64,000 bases of DNA from Candidatus Blautia faecavium (GTDB lineage: Bacteria; Bacillota; Clostridia; Lachnospirales; Lachnospiraceae). The notes beneath the pieces were generated by a model that was not told where the DNA came from, did no database searches, and saw only the letters and a program-made list of their open reading frames with translations. Location of the stretch: assembly GCA_019118425.1 (NCBI GenBank), contig DWYZ01000158.1, positions 2,623-66,622 of the forward strand, written 5' to 3'. Positions 1 to 10,036 of this stretch are shown one piece after another. The translations under genes and the position numbers were made by a program. How positions within the stretch are numbered: the first letter of the stretch is position 1; each line of letters starts with the position of its first letter.

Positions 1-58
1 TAAGCCACACAAAACAACCAGTTCTTCCATAAAGAGCATTTCGTGTGGCTTATCTTTT
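1..58. terminator. Window-edge hairpin, possible terminator region downstream of ecfT
   Basis: 10-bp inverted repeat TAAGCCACAC (1-10) / GTGTGGCTTA (43-52) followed by a T-rich tract. The 32-nt loop makes this a weak call. Confidence 0.3.
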
Positions 59-76
59 TATTTTCATTCTTTTATC

Positions 77-880
77 CTAAAGTCCTGCTGCACGAAAAGC
101 AATGGCAATCCCAAGATATACAGCCAGCACTCCATAAGCAGCATAGTCCATTCCTGTATATTTCAGGGGCTTCATCTGGGTCCGGTCGTCGCCTCCGTGA
201 TAGCATCTGGCTTCCATGGCCATGGCAAGATCGTTTGCCCTTCGGAAAGCAGAAATAAACAGCGGCACCAAAAGCGGCACCATGTTTTTCGCTTTCTGGA
301 TGATATTTCCCGTCTCAAAATCCGCTCCTCTGGCAATCTGCGCCTTCATGATCTTATCTGTCTCTTCCAGAAGGATCGGAATAAAACGAAGGGCAATGGA
401 CATCATCATGGCAATCTCATGGACTGGCACATGAATCTTATTTAAAGGCCGCAAAAGACGCTCCAGACCATCTGTCAACTGATTAGGCGTAGTAGTCAGC
501 GTCATCACCGATGAGCCGATCACCAGATAGGTAAGACGGATCGCCATTCTTCCCGCAAGGGACAATCCTTCCTTTGTCACCCGCAGAAAGCCCCACTGCC
601 ACAGTACCTCTCCAGGCGTTAAAAGGATATTAAATACCACTGTGATCATCAGGATAAGAAAAATTGCTTTTAATCCTTTAAACATGAATTTTACAGGCAC
701 TTTTGACACATAGATCATTCCTGCGAGAAATACGGTAGCCACCGCATATCCTAAAAAGGTATGGAACAAAAATACCGATACAATGAATACAAGTGTCCCG
801 ATCAGCTTAGTCCGCGGATCCAGTCTGTGAAGAACGGACTTGGCGGGATAATATTGTCCCAGTGTAATATCCCTAAGCAT
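77..880 (-). CDS. ecfT: Energy-coupling factor (ECF) transporter transmembrane subunit EcfT
   Basis: 267-aa polytopic membrane ORF. The N-terminus [25 protein letters not shown] is typical of EcfT/CbiQ. It overlaps the upstream ATPase gene by 8 nt and is last in an ecfA1-ecfA2-ecfT arrangement. Confidence 0.9.
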   Translation of the reverse strand: MLRDITLGQYYPAKSVLHRLDPRTKLIGTLVFIVSVFLFHTFLGYAVATVFLAGMIYVSKVPVKFMFKGLKAIFLILMITVVFNILLTPGEVLWQWGFLRVTKEGLSLAGRMAIRLTYLVIGSSVMTLTTTPNQLTDGLERLLRPLNKIHVPVHEIAMMMSIALRFIPILLEETDKIMKAQIARGADFETGNIIQKAKNMVPLLVPLFISAFRRANDLAMAMEARCYHGGDDRTQMKPLKYTGMDYAAYGVLAVYLGIAIAFRAAGL

Positions 881-1793
881 TCGTCCTTCCTCCCTTCCCG
901 CCGTCCTTTGTGCCTTCTTTTCGTCCCTTTAACAAAGGGGACTGTTTTTCTCTCAAGGCAGAAAGTATACTCTCTCTTGCCTCTGCCACTGTGGTGGCGT
1001 CTGCATCTACCGGCAGACCGCTTTCTTTCAGCGCGTGCATGATATATGTGATCTGGGGCGCAGCAAGTCCCATTGCCTCCAGTTCTTTATAATGGGCAAA
1101 CACCTTCTTCGGCGTATCGTCAAAAGCCACCTGCCCGTGGTTCATCACGATCAGACGCTCCACATATTTTGCAATATCCTCCATACTATGAGAAACCAGG
1201 ATAATGGTAATCCCACGGACCTTATGAAGCTCCGCGATCTGATCCAAAATATCGTCCCGGCCCTTAGGATCCAGTCCCGCTGTAGGTTCGTCCAGGATTA
1301 AAATCTTCGGGTTCATGGCAAGCACACCTGCGATCGCCACCCTCTTTTTTTGTCCTCCGGAAAGCTCAAAAGGAGATTTCCCAAAATTTTTTTCTTTAAA
1401 ACCTACCTGCAGAAGGGCCTGTCTCGCCTCTTTTTCTGCTTCCTCTCTGGTAAGCCCCTGGTTCATAGGGCCAAAACATACATCAGAAAGCACATCGTTC
1501 TCAAAAAGCTGGTGCTCCGGATACTGGAATACCAGGCCCACCTCGCTTCTTAACTTTTTCCGGTCGTACTTTTCCTGCCAGACATCCTCTCCGTTATAAA
1601 GAACCGTCCCCGATGTAGGCTGGATCAGGGCATTAAAATGCTGGATCAAAGTGGATTTCCCACTTCCCGTATGGCCGATCATCCCGATAAACTGACCATC
1701 CGGAATCAGCAGGCTTACATCTTTTATGGCATGGATCTCATAGCTTGTACCAGGACTGTAGGTATAGGTTATATTCTTTAATTCTATTGACAT
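873..1793 (-). CDS. ecfA2: ECF transporter ATPase EcfA2
   Basis: Walker [13 protein letters not shown] signature LSGGQKKR, Walker [12 protein letters not shown]. Overlaps ecfA1 by 10 nt and ecfT by 8 nt. Confidence 0.9.
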   Translation of the reverse strand: MSIELKNITYTYSPGTSYEIHAIKDVSLLIPDGQFIGMIGHTGSGKSTLIQHFNALIQPTSGTVLYNGEDVWQEKYDRKKLRSEVGLVFQYPEHQLFENDVLSDVCFGPMNQGLTREEAEKEARQALLQVGFKEKNFGKSPFELSGGQKKRVAIAGVLAMNPKILILDEPTAGLDPKGRDDILDQIAELHKVRGITIILVSHSMEDIAKYVERLIVMNHGQVAFDDTPKKVFAHYKELEAMGLAAPQITYIMHALKESGLPVDADATTVAEARESILSALREKQSPLLKGRKEGTKDGGKGGRTNA

Positions 1794-2629
1794 AAGGCAC
1801 TCACCAATTCCTCTGTAGTCAGTATTCCGTCCGCAATCTGTACGCCGGCTTCTTTCAGCTCATGGGCAAGAAGAGTCACCTGGGGCACATCCAGACGGTA
1901 TTCTTTCAGGGTATCCACCTGGGAAAAAATTTCCCGGGGCGTTCCCTCCATAACTATATTTCCTCCATCCATTACATACACCCGGTCTGCATGGATCACC
2001 TCTTCCATATAGTGGGTGATAAGGATTACTGTCACATTCTCTTTTTGGTTTAATTCCCTAACTGCTTCCAGAACCTCTTTCCGCCCGTTGGGATCCAGCA
2101 TAGCGGTAGGCTCATCCAGCACGATACACTGGGGATGCATAGCCATTACTCCGGCAATGGCCACTCTCTGTTTCTGCCCGCCGGAAAGCTTATTTGGTGA
2201 GTGGTGGCGGTACGCGGTCATTCCTACTTTTTTTAAGCTTTCGTCTACCCGTTTCCAGATTTTCTCTGTAGGAACACCCATGTTTTCCGGTCCAAATCCT
2301 ACGTCCTCTTCCACCACAGTCCCTATGATCTGATTATCCGGATTTTGAAAGACCATTCCCGCCTTCTGGCGCACCTTCCAAAGCTCCGGCTCTTTTGAAG
2401 TGTCCATTCCATCCACCCAGATGGTCCCCTCCGTGGGGAGGAGAAGAGCATTCATATGCTTTGCCAGAGTGGATTTTCCGGAACCGTTATGTCCCAGGAC
2501 TGCCACAAATTCCCCGGCTTGAATGTCCAGGTTTACATCGTTGACGGCTCTTTGTGTTTCCTGCACGTTTCCGTCGTCGTCATACTTGAGATAGTCAAAT
2601 CCCAGCTTCAAAGCCTTGATTATTCCCAT
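1784..2629 (-). CDS. ecfA1: ECF transporter ATPase EcfA1
   Basis: Walker [10 protein letters not shown], signature LSGGQKQR, Walker [12 protein letters not shown]. First gene of the ECF module. Confidence 0.9.
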   Translation of the reverse strand: MGIIKALKLGFDYLKYDDDGNVQETQRAVNDVNLDIQAGEFVAVLGHNGSGKSTLAKHMNALLLPTEGTIWVDGMDTSKEPELWKVRQKAGMVFQNPDNQIIGTVVEEDVGFGPENMGVPTEKIWKRVDESLKKVGMTAYRHHSPNKLSGGQKQRVAIAGVMAMHPQCIVLDEPTAMLDPNGRKEVLEAVRELNQKENVTVILITHYMEEVIHADRVYVMDGGNIVMEGTPREIFSQVDTLKEYRLDVPQVTLLAHELKEAGVQIADGILTTEELVSALCQ

Positions 2630-2733
2630 ATTTTCCTCCTAGCACCCTGGCTGGAAACCAGGGCAAAGCCCTTTCTCTCATGCTCTTCCCCTTAATGCTT
2701 TACACTCACTGAAAAGCTGGGGAACAACAGCGT

Positions 2734-3366
2734 TTATTTCGGCATATTTTCTTTAGAGGCTTCCTCCGTAGCTGCCGGAACAAATCCGGTCAACTCGTCG
2801 ATCAGCTCCCAGATTTCCTCTCTGCCCTGTTTCGTCTGTGCAGAAAAAGGAATGACTTTCGTCCCCGGGCGCAGCTTCAGCCCCTCTTTTATCATTTTTA
2901 CATGCTTCTGCCACTGGCTCCGCTTGATCTTATCCAGTTTCGTGGCAATGATAATAGGATCAAACCCGTTGTGTACGATCCAGTCGTACATCATCTTATC
3001 ATTTGCTGATGGCTCATGTCGGATATCAATAAGCAGGAACACTGCTTTCAGGTTCTTCGATGAATGAAGATACCTTTCTATCATTTTTCCCCATTTTTCT
3101 TTTTCAGCAGGGGAAACCTTCGCATATCCATACCCGGGAAGATCTACCAGATAAATGCAGGTGTTTACATTATAAAAATTAATGGTCTGTGTCTTTCCTG
3201 GCTGAGCGCTGGTACGGGCCAGCGCCTTACGGTTCAGAAGTCCGTTAATAAGGGAAGATTTTCCTACATTGGATTTGCCTGCAAAGGCTACCTCCGGCCT
3301 GCCTGTGTCAGGCAGCCTGCTGGTGACGCCGCATACAATATCCAGGGATACATTTTTTATAACCAT
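2734..3366 (-). CDS. engB: Ribosome-biogenesis GTPase EngB/YsxC
   Basis: G1 GKSNVGKSS, G3 DLPGYG, G4 TKLDK. Conserved position directly downstream of lon. Confidence 0.9.
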   Translation of the reverse strand: MVIKNVSLDIVCGVTSRLPDTGRPEVAFAGKSNVGKSSLINGLLNRKALARTSAQPGKTQTINFYNVNTCIYLVDLPGYGYAKVSPAEKEKWGKMIERYLHSSKNLKAVFLLIDIRHEPSANDKMMYDWIVHNGFDPIIIATKLDKIKRSQWQKHVKMIKEGLKLRPGTKVIPFSAQTKQGREEIWELIDELTGFVPAATEEASKENMPK

Positions 3367-3377
3367 ATCTTTCCTCT

Positions 3378-5696
3378 CTATTTCTTTAGCGCCTCTGTCA
3401 CCACCTCATTCATGGTTTCTACAAATGTGATGGTAAGTCCGTCTAAAATTTCCTGATCCATTTCTTCAATATCCGGTTTATTTTCCTTTGGCACCAGAAC
3501 CTGTTTGATCTTGGCATATTTGGCTGCCAGCAACTTTTCTTTCAGGCCGCCGATAGCCAGTACACGTCCTCTTAGAGTAATCTCTCCAGTCATAGCCACA
3601 TCCGCCCGTACCGGGATCTTCGTTATAGCGGAAAGAATAGCAGCAGCCATTGTGATTCCTGCGGAAGGACCGTCTTTCGGCACAGCTCCCTCAGGAATAT
3701 GTACATGGATATCGTTTTCCTGGAAAAATTCCTGGGGAATTTTATATTTTTCCGCGACAGAGCGGATATAAGTAATGCCTGCCTGGGCGGATTCTTTCAT
3801 CACATCGCCAAGCTGTCCGGTAAGGAGCAGTTCTCCTTTTCCAGGCATCACATTTACTTCAATCTGAAGGGTATCTCCGCCTACCTGTGTCCAGGCAAGT
3901 CCTCTGGCAATACCCACCTCGTCCTTTTTATTCGCCATAAGGTAATTATACCGCTCCCTGCCAAGGAAATCTGGCAGGTTTTTCCCGGTAACGGTCACCT
4001 TTTCTTTCTCGTTTTCCATAATCTCCCTGGCTGCCTTGCGGCAGATCTGGCCGATCTTTCTTTCCAGGCTTCTTACGCCGGCTTCCTTGGTATAATTATT
4101 AATGATCTTCCTAAGAGCAGCAGTCTGTATAGAAAGCCTGCCCTTTTCGATTCCATTCACGTCCATCTGCTTAGGGATCAGATGTTCCTTAGCAATGTGC
4201 TCCTTCTCATTCTCCGTATATCCGGAAATCTCGATGATCTCCATACGGTCAAGAAGGGGACGGGGAATTCCCTGCATATCATTAGCAGTAGCAATAAAAA
4301 GCACCTCGGAGAGATCCTGGGGCAGTTCCACATAATGATCTGTAAAATGACTGTTCTGCTCCGGATCCAGTACCTCTAAGAGGGCGGACGCGGTGTCTCC
4401 TTTATAGTCACTGCTAGTCTTATCGATCTCATCCAGAAGCATCAAGGGATTGCTCACTTCTGCCTGCTGCAAAGCCACTGTAATCCTTCCCGGCATTGCT
4501 CCCACGTAAGTTTTCCGGTGGCCGCGGATTTCCGCTTCGTCCCTGACGCCTCCCAGGCAGATCCGGACATATTTTTTATGAAGGGCCTCCGCTACAGACT
4601 TGGCAATGGATGTTTTTCCGGTTCCAGGAGGGCCTACCAGACAAAGGATCGGACTTTTTCCCTTGTGTGTCAGCTTGCGGACCGCAAGGAACTCCATAAT
4701 CCTCTCTTTTACGTCTTTTAAACCGTAATGTCCTTCCTGAAGAATCTTCCAGGCTTCTTTGAGATCCTCTGAATCCTTGGAACGTTTTTCCCAGGGAAGA
4801 GACAGCAGCGTTTCAATATATCCCGAAAGAACATGGTTTTCTGCTGCATTGCTGTTCATGCCTTTCAGACGGTCGATTTCTTTGCTGATCTTTTCTTTTA
4901 CTTCGTCTGATGCCTGAAGCTTTTTTAATTCCCTGCGGTATTCCTCAATAACATCATCCGTATTTCCCTCGCCCAGTTCTTCCTTGATTAGCTTCAGCTG
5001 CTCTCTTAAAATGTATTCTCTCTGATTCTTGTCTACCCGCTCTTTAAGCTTTCTCTGGAGGCTTTTTCCAATCTGCATTACCTCGATCTCATTGCTGAGG
5101 ATTGCCCCCAGAATCTCATACTGTTCTTCTAAGGAGACTGCCTCTAATATTTTCTGTTTGCTCTGATAGGTTAAAGGAAGATTTACCGCGATCTGCTGGA
5201 TCAGTTCTTCTACCTCTTCGATATTCAGGATCTGGGCCACCAGCTCTTTGCTGACTTTTCCATTTTCCAGACAATAGTGGTGGAACAGTTCCTTAAGACC
5301 TCGGTGCATGGCCTCTTTTACTGCAGGAGCGAGAACCTGGGCGTCTTTGGCTCCTACCATGGATATTTCTCCCCGTATATAAGGAAAATCCTGTTCCATG
5401 GATAAAAGCTCGCCTCTTTGAATTCCTTCCACTAAAACCCTAAGAAGATTCTGTGGCAGTTTTACTACTTGTTTTATATAAGCGATCGTTCCTATTTTAT
5501 ACAGATCTGTCATGCCCGGGGTTTCCACCTCCGGGTCTTTCTGTGTGATCAGAAAAATCTTCTGGTCATCCAGCATGGCTGCTTCAATCGCCTTTACCGA
5601 ACGTTGTCTGCTTACATCAAAGTGCACGATCATATCCGGCAGGATCGTCGTCCCTCGCAGTGCGATCACAGGCAGCACTTCTATGGGATTTGTCAT
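3378..5696 (-). CDS. lon: ATP-dependent Lon protease
   Basis: 772 aa. Has a Lon N-domain, Walker A GPPGTGKTS, the protease serine motif PKDGPSAGITMA and the catalytic Lys region GGLKEKLLAA. Confidence 0.95.
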   Translation of the reverse strand: MTNPIEVLPVIALRGTTILPDMIVHFDVSRQRSVKAIEAAMLDDQKIFLITQKDPEVETPGMTDLYKIGTIAYIKQVVKLPQNLLRVLVEGIQRGELLSMEQDFPYIRGEISMVGAKDAQVLAPAVKEAMHRGLKELFHHYCLENGKVSKELVAQILNIEEVEELIQQIAVNLPLTYQSKQKILEAVSLEEQYEILGAILSNEIEVMQIGKSLQRKLKERVDKNQREYILREQLKLIKEELGEGNTDDVIEEYRRELKKLQASDEVKEKISKEIDRLKGMNSNAAENHVLSGYIETLLSLPWEKRSKDSEDLKEAWKILQEGHYGLKDVKERIMEFLAVRKLTHKGKSPILCLVGPPGTGKTSIAKSVAEALHKKYVRICLGGVRDEAEIRGHRKTYVGAMPGRITVALQQAEVSNPLMLLDEIDKTSSDYKGDTASALLEVLDPEQNSHFTDHYVELPQDLSEVLFIATANDMQGIPRPLLDRMEIIEISGYTENEKEHIAKEHLIPKQMDVNGIEKGRLSIQTAALRKIINNYTKEAGVRSLERKIGQICRKAAREIMENEKEKVTVTGKNLPDFLGRERYNYLMANKKDEVGIARGLAWTQVGGDTLQIEVNVMPGKGELLLTGQLGDVMKESAQAGITYIRSVAEKYKIPQEFFQENDIHVHIPEGAVPKDGPSAGITMAAAILSAITKIPVRADVAMTGEITLRGRVLAIGGLKEKLLAAKYAKIKQVLVPKENKPDIEEMDQEILDGLTITFVETMNEVVTEALKK

Positions 5697-5714
5697 TTAT
5701 CTTTCAATCCTTTC

Positions 5715-7028
5715 TCATGCTGTTTCCGGTTTCCCTTTTTTTCTGGAGCGGGAATTCCTTCTTCCGGATGCAGGTGCAGATGCGGGTGCATCTCCATATA
5801 TGATCTCCGGTTCTCCGGTTCCTTCCACAGCTTCTTTGGTAATGATACACTTGCGGATGGTCTTATCTGACGGTGTCTTATACATCAGATCCATCAGAGA
5901 GTTTTCCATAATCGCCCGAAGTCCTCTGGCTCCTGTTTTTCTTTCCAGAGATTTCTTAGCCACAAGCTCCAGCGCATCTTCCTCAAAATCCAATTCTACG
6001 CCATCCAGCTCAAATAATTTATGGTACTGCTTGGTAAGAGAATTCTTAGGCTCCCTTAAAATACGGATCAAAGCATTTTCATCCAGGGCATCCAAGGTGA
6101 CTACCACCGGCACACGTCCGATAAATTCCGGAATCAGACCGTATTTAATAAAATCCTCCGGCATAACCTCTTTTAAGATTTCTCCCACATTTCTCTCCTT
6201 CTTAACTGCGACTTCAGCCCCAAAACCAATAGCCTTGGTATCCTTTCTCGCCTCGATGATCTTTTCGATTCCTTCGAAAGCTCCGCCGCAGATGAACAGG
6301 ATATTTGTAGTATCAATCTGAATAAATTCCTGGTGGGGATGCTTTCTCCCGCCCTGAGGCGGAACACTGGCGACCGTTCCCTCCAGAATCTTTAAAAGAG
6401 CCTGCTGCACGCCTTCTCCGGATACATCTCTGGTGATGGAGGCATTTTCAGACTTCCTGGTAATCTTATCAATCTCATCGATATAGATAATCCCATACTG
6501 GGCACGCTCAATATCGTAATCTGCCGCCTGTATGATCTTAAGAAGAATATTTTCTACATCCTCGCCGACATAGCCGGCTTCTGTAAGCGTAGTAGCATCT
6601 GCAATGGCAAAAGGTACGTTCAGCATCCTTGCCAGTGTCTGGGCAAGGAGGGTCTTTCCGGAACCGGTAGGTCCAAGCATTAGAATATTGCTCTTTTGCA
6701 GTTCCACATCCAGATTTCTGGATGCCAGCACTCTTTTATAATGGTTATAAACAGCCACAGACAAAGCTTTCTTCGCCTGATCCTGTCCGATTACATAATC
6801 GTCAAGAATAGCATGGATTTCTTCGGGTTTTAACAAATTAATCTCTGTGTCATAATACTCTTCCTGCCCGTACTGTGCGAATTCTTCTTCCATGATCTCC
6901 GCACAGATTCCGATACACTCGTCACAAATATAAACTCCGTCAGGACCTGAGATGAGTTTTCTCACCTGATCTTCTGTCTTTTTGCAAAAAGAACACTTGA
7001 CTTTTCCATCTCTCGTTTTATCTGCCAT
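5715..7028 (-). CDS. clpX: ClpX unfoldase (canonical copy)
   Basis: C4 zinc-binding domain CSFC...CDEC, Walker A GPTGSGKT, pore-1 GYVG, RKH loop GGRKHP, IGF loop AIGFG. The ORF track starts at a TTG (7052). The ATG at 7028 (MADKTRDG) follows the RBS GAAAGGA. Confidence 0.95.
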   Translation of the reverse strand: MADKTRDGKVKCSFCKKTEDQVRKLISGPDGVYICDECIGICAEIMEEEFAQYGQEEYYDTEINLLKPEEIHAILDDYVIGQDQAKKALSVAVYNHYKRVLASRNLDVELQKSNILMLGPTGSGKTLLAQTLARMLNVPFAIADATTLTEAGYVGEDVENILLKIIQAADYDIERAQYGIIYIDEIDKITRKSENASITRDVSGEGVQQALLKILEGTVASVPPQGGRKHPHQEFIQIDTTNILFICGGAFEGIEKIIEARKDTKAIGFGAEVAVKKERNVGEILKEVMPEDFIKYGLIPEFIGRVPVVVTLDALDENALIRILREPKNSLTKQYHKLFELDGVELDFEEDALELVAKKSLERKTGARGLRAIMENSLMDLMYKTPSDKTIRKCIITKEAVEGTGEPEIIYGDAPASAPASGRRNSRSRKKGKPETA

Positions 7029-7069
7029 GAATTTTTTCCTTTCTATATTCAAATCTATAAAAGCAAGAT

Positions 7070-7096
7070 AAGACTCCTGCGGTTTACAGGAGTCTT
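7070..7096 (-). terminator. Intercistronic hairpin between clpP and clpX (attenuator or processing site candidate)
   Basis: 10-bp stem AAGACTCCTG / CAGGAGTCTT with a 7-nt loop. Only a short, interrupted U tract follows on the minus strand. Confidence 0.4.
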
Positions 7097-7106
7097 TTCA
7101 TTGGCA

Positions 7107-7688
7107 TCATTTATGCATGACAACACCGTCGATCAGACCATATGCCTTCGCCTCTTCAGCGGTCATATAATTATCACGGTCTGTATCCCGCTCAACAACT
7201 TCGATTGGCTGGCCGGTATTCTCTGCCAGAATCTCATTTAAAATTCTCTTTGTCTGTGCAATGTGATCCGCTACGATCTGGATCTCTGTAGCCTGCCCCT
7301 GCGCACCGCCGGACGGCTGATGAATCATGATCGTAGAATGGGGAAGAGCAAATCTTTTTCCCTTTGCTCCGCCTGCTAAAAGGAATGCACCCATGCTGGC
7401 AGCCATTCCCAGACATATGGTGGAGACATCGCATTTAATGTACTGCATGGTATCGTAAATCGCCATACCCGCCGTCACAGAACCGCCCGGACTGTTAATG
7501 TAAAGCTGGATGTCCTTTCCCGGATCTTCCGCTTCCAGGAACAAAAGCTGTGCAACAATAAGGCTTGCGCTCACATCGTTTACTTCTTCTCCGAGGAAAA
7601 TAATTCTGTCCTTCAAAAGCCTGGAATAAATATCGTAACTTCTCTCTCCCCGGCTGGTCTGTTCAATAACATAAGGTACTAAACTCAT
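7107..7688 (-). CDS. clpP: ClpP proteolytic subunit
   Basis: Catalytic Ser in [11 protein letters not shown], His in MIHQPSGG, Asp in ERDTDRDN. The real start is probably ATG 7688 ([10 protein letters not shown]) after the RBS AAAGGGG. The track's TTG start at 7721 lies inside a repeat element. Confidence 0.95.
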   Translation of the reverse strand: MSLVPYVIEQTSRGERSYDIYSRLLKDRIIFLGEEVNDVSASLIVAQLLFLEAEDPGKDIQLYINSPGGSVTAGMAIYDTMQYIKCDVSTICLGMAASMGAFLLAGGAKGKRFALPHSTIMIHQPSGGAQGQATEIQIVADHIAQTKRILNEILAENTGQPIEVVERDTDRDNYMTAEEAKAYGLIDGVVMHK

Positions 7689-7700
7689 TTTTTCCCCTTT

Positions 7701-7752
7701 CTGACGCACTTGCTGCGTCAATAATGGTAGATTTGGAAGTTTACTTCCAAAC
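7701..7752. repeat. Intergenic repeat, module alpha, copy A (double hairpin)
   Basis: CTGACGCACTTGCTGCGTCAATAATGGTAGATTTGGAAGTTTACTTCCAAAC. It is 49/52 identical to 62673-62724. Hairpins: TGACGCA-N5-TGCGTCA (7702-7720) and TTGGAAGT/ACTTCCAA (7733-7750). Confidence 0.9.
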
Positions 7753-7774
7753 TTACGTCTCCATTCGCTGGCAG

Positions 7775-9061
7775 TTAAACTTCCTTCGCTGCTTCGGCAA
7801 CCAGAGTTACGGCTTTCTGTACAGCCATATCTTTCTTCATCTGTTCAAGCTGGTTCTCCCCAAGCACCTCTTTCAATTTATCTGCTTCCATCTTATAAGC
7901 CTCAGCCATCTTAGCGATCTCTGCATCTACTTCTTCTTCGCTTGGCTGAATGTTTTCTGTCTCTGCAATCTTTTCAAGAACAAGTCTTGTCTGGATTCTC
8001 TTTAATGCCTGCGGTTTCATGTCTTCCATCATCTTATCCATGGTAAGGCCGGTAAACTGGAAGTACTGCTCCATGGATAATCCCTGTGCCTGCATTCTTC
8101 TGCTGAAGTCGTCTGCCATCTGGCTTACCTGTGTACGGATCATAGCCTCCGGGATATCCATCTGTGCATTTTCAATTACCTTATCTACCGCTGCATCTTC
8201 TTTTGCACGGAGAGCTTCTTTTTCTTTTCTCTCTGCAAGTTTCTTCTTTAAGTCTTCTTTATATTCTGCCAGGGTATCAAACTCAGATACATCCTGTGCA
8301 AAATCGTCGTCCAGTTCAGGGAGCTCTTTTGCTTCCACTTTCTTAACGTCGCATTTAAATACTGCTTCTTTTCCTGCAAGATCCGGTGCCTGGTATTCCT
8401 CCGGGAAAGTAACTTTTACTTCTACGTGGTCTCCGGCTTTCACTCCTACAAGCTGATCCTCAAAACCTGGGATAAAGGTATTTGATCCAAGTGTCAGAGG
8501 ATATTCTGTATCCTTGCCGCCGTCAAATGGCACATCATCCACAAAACCTTCAAAGTCGATGGTGACAACATCGCCGTTTTCTGCTCCGCGGTCTTCTACG
8601 GTGACTGTTCTAGAGTTTTTCTCCTGCTCTTTCTTCACCTCTGCCTCTACTTCTTCTTCTGTAACTTCTGTCTCTGCCTTAGGAACCTCAACGCCTTTAT
8701 ATTCGCCAAGAGTTACTTCCGGTTTTACAGCTACGTCTGCAGTGAAAATGAATGCCTTGCCCGGCTCAGCCTGTGTTACGTTAATCTCCGGCTGGGAAAC
8801 GATCTCCAGGTCACATTCAGACAGAGCTTTTCTGTAATGCTCTGGGATTAATGCGTTCGCTGCATCCTCTAAAAAGATACCCTTGCCATACATCTGCTCA
8901 ATTACTTTTCTTGGTACTTTTCCTTTTCGGAAGCCAGGGATGGAAATTCTTCCTTTTGCTTTCTGATATGCATTCTGCATAGCCTTGTCTAAATCCTCGG
9001 CAGAAACCTCTATTGTAAGTTTTGCCATGTTTTTTTCCAGTTTTTCCACCTGTAAACTCAT
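7775..9061 (-). CDS. tig: Trigger factor
   Basis: 428 aa. N-terminal ribosome-binding region includes GFRKGKVP, with a central FKBP-type PPIase region. Conserved position upstream of clpP-clpX. Confidence 0.95.
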   Translation of the reverse strand: MSLQVEKLEKNMAKLTIEVSAEDLDKAMQNAYQKAKGRISIPGFRKGKVPRKVIEQMYGKGIFLEDAANALIPEHYRKALSECDLEIVSQPEINVTQAEPGKAFIFTADVAVKPEVTLGEYKGVEVPKAETEVTEEEVEAEVKKEQEKNSRTVTVEDRGAENGDVVTIDFEGFVDDVPFDGGKDTEYPLTLGSNTFIPGFEDQLVGVKAGDHVEVKVTFPEEYQAPDLAGKEAVFKCDVKKVEAKELPELDDDFAQDVSEFDTLAEYKEDLKKKLAERKEKEALRAKEDAAVDKVIENAQMDIPEAMIRTQVSQMADDFSRRMQAQGLSMEQYFQFTGLTMDKMMEDMKPQALKRIQTRLVLEKIAETENIQPSEEEVDAEIAKMAEAYKMEADKLKEVLGENQLEQMKKDMAVQKAVTLVAEAAKEV

Positions 9062-9147
9062 GTTACATGTTCCTCCTTCATTATCCGGTTATATTCTTAT
9101 ACATTTTTTCTGGTTTTCCTTCTTCTCTCCGGCTGTAGGAGGAAGCT

Positions 9148-9179
9148 AGTATAATTCACTTTAAATGGCATTTAAAGTG
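9148..9179 (-). promoter_or_regulatory. Candidate tig promoter (TTTAAA-17-TATACT) overlapped by a perfect 10-bp palindrome
   Basis: Read on the minus strand, the -10 TATACT is at 9148-9153 and the -35 TTTAAA at 9171-9176. The palindrome CACTTTAAAT-ggc-ATTTAAAGTG spans 9157-9179. Confidence 0.45.
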
Positions 9180-9316
9180 TCTTATACTTAGGATCACCTT
9201 CTTTGTAGATCGTCCATTTTCAACTGCACTAAGGCAGAAGAACGTATTCAGGCAAGAGTACATTTACAGTCATTACGATAGTATAGCATAAGACGAAAAA
9301 AAACGCCAGCATTTTT

Positions 9317-9877
9317 TCACACAATTTCGCGCGAATATAGGACGGAATCCGCAATTTCTTCTGCCTTTTTCTCTCCCAGAAGCTGAGTTATCAGAGAGAG
9401 CGCGAAGTCAATGGCCGTACCAAGACCTCTGCTTGTCGTCACATTTCCATCTGTCACAACCGGATCTTCTGTGATCACTGCGCCTGACTGCTGGTCTAAA
9501 AAGGAAGGGTAGGAGGTGGCCCTGCGTCCTTTCAGGAAACCAAGCTTAGCGAAAATGCTGGGAGCCGCGCAGATGGCAGCTATCTTTTTTCCTTCTGTGT
9601 AATAGTTCTTTAAAAGTTCTATAAGGGGCTCATATGCTCCCAGGTTTACTGTTCCAGGCATTCCTCCCGGAAGCACCAGCATGTCTCCGTCAGAAAAATC
9701 CGTGTTCTTAAAGAGTCTGTCTGTTAAAAGCGTAATTCCATGCGCGGTGGTCACTTCCTTTGTATCTTTTACAGATACTGTAGTGATCTCAATCCCCGCC
9801 CTTCTCATCAGATCCACAACGGTCAGGCCCTCGATATCCTCAAAACCATCTGCCAAAAAGATATATACCTTACTCAT
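9317..9877 (-). CDS. DJ-1/PfpI family protein
   Basis: Nucleophile-elbow cysteine motif AAICAAPS in a class-I glutamine-amidotransferase-like fold. ATG 9877 (MSKVYIF) follows the RBS AAAGGAG. Confidence 0.8.
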   Translation of the reverse strand: MSKVYIFLADGFEDIEGLTVVDLMRRAGIEITTVSVKDTKEVTTAHGITLLTDRLFKNTDFSDGDMLVLPGGMPGTVNLGAYEPLIELLKNYYTEGKKIAAICAAPSIFAKLGFLKGRRATSYPSFLDQQSGAVITEDPVVTDGNVTTSRGLGTAIDFALSLITQLLGEKKAEEIADSVLYSREIV

Positions 9878-10036
9878 AAAAACCACTCCTTTTTATTCTT
9901 TCCAAGATTTTCCTTTTTTATTCTTCTGTCCCGGCCCTTCTCCCACCGGATTTCCTAATGAATTATAACAAATTGCTTTCTTTTTTACAATAAATTGCGT
10001 ATACTAAACTTAAAGAAAATCAAGAGGTGATATGAA

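Noticed and set aside
3505-6321. Several long plus-strand ORFs (up to 269 aa) antisense to lon and clpX. Similar shadow ORFs lie antisense to carB, tig, glpK and the GT2 genes.
   Set aside because: They are shadow ORFs opposite highly conserved genes. Their sequences are low-complexity or unrecognisable, and no RBS or promoter was seen.
7689-7721. N-terminal extensions in the ORF track: [11 protein letters not shown] (clpP), MTQQVHQKEET (GT2, 62661-62693), MPVTGQRVTSNEKGEK.. (rmlD, 60149-60211), a 32-aa extension of the zinc-ribbon ORF (45706-45801), and others (clpX, proC, ferritin, DJ-1, modC, lysO, the lipoprotein).
   Set aside because: The extensions start at TTG or GTG codons inside intergenic repeat elements or upstream spacers. 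In each case an ATG with a good Shine-Dalgarno sequence follows, at the position where homology to the family begins.
7053-7774. CtsR (GGTCAAA direct repeat) or CIRCE/HrcA operators in front of clpP, clpX or lon.
   Set aside because: I saw none in the clpP or clpX upstream spacers. Those spacers contain only the 52-nt repeat and a simple hairpin.
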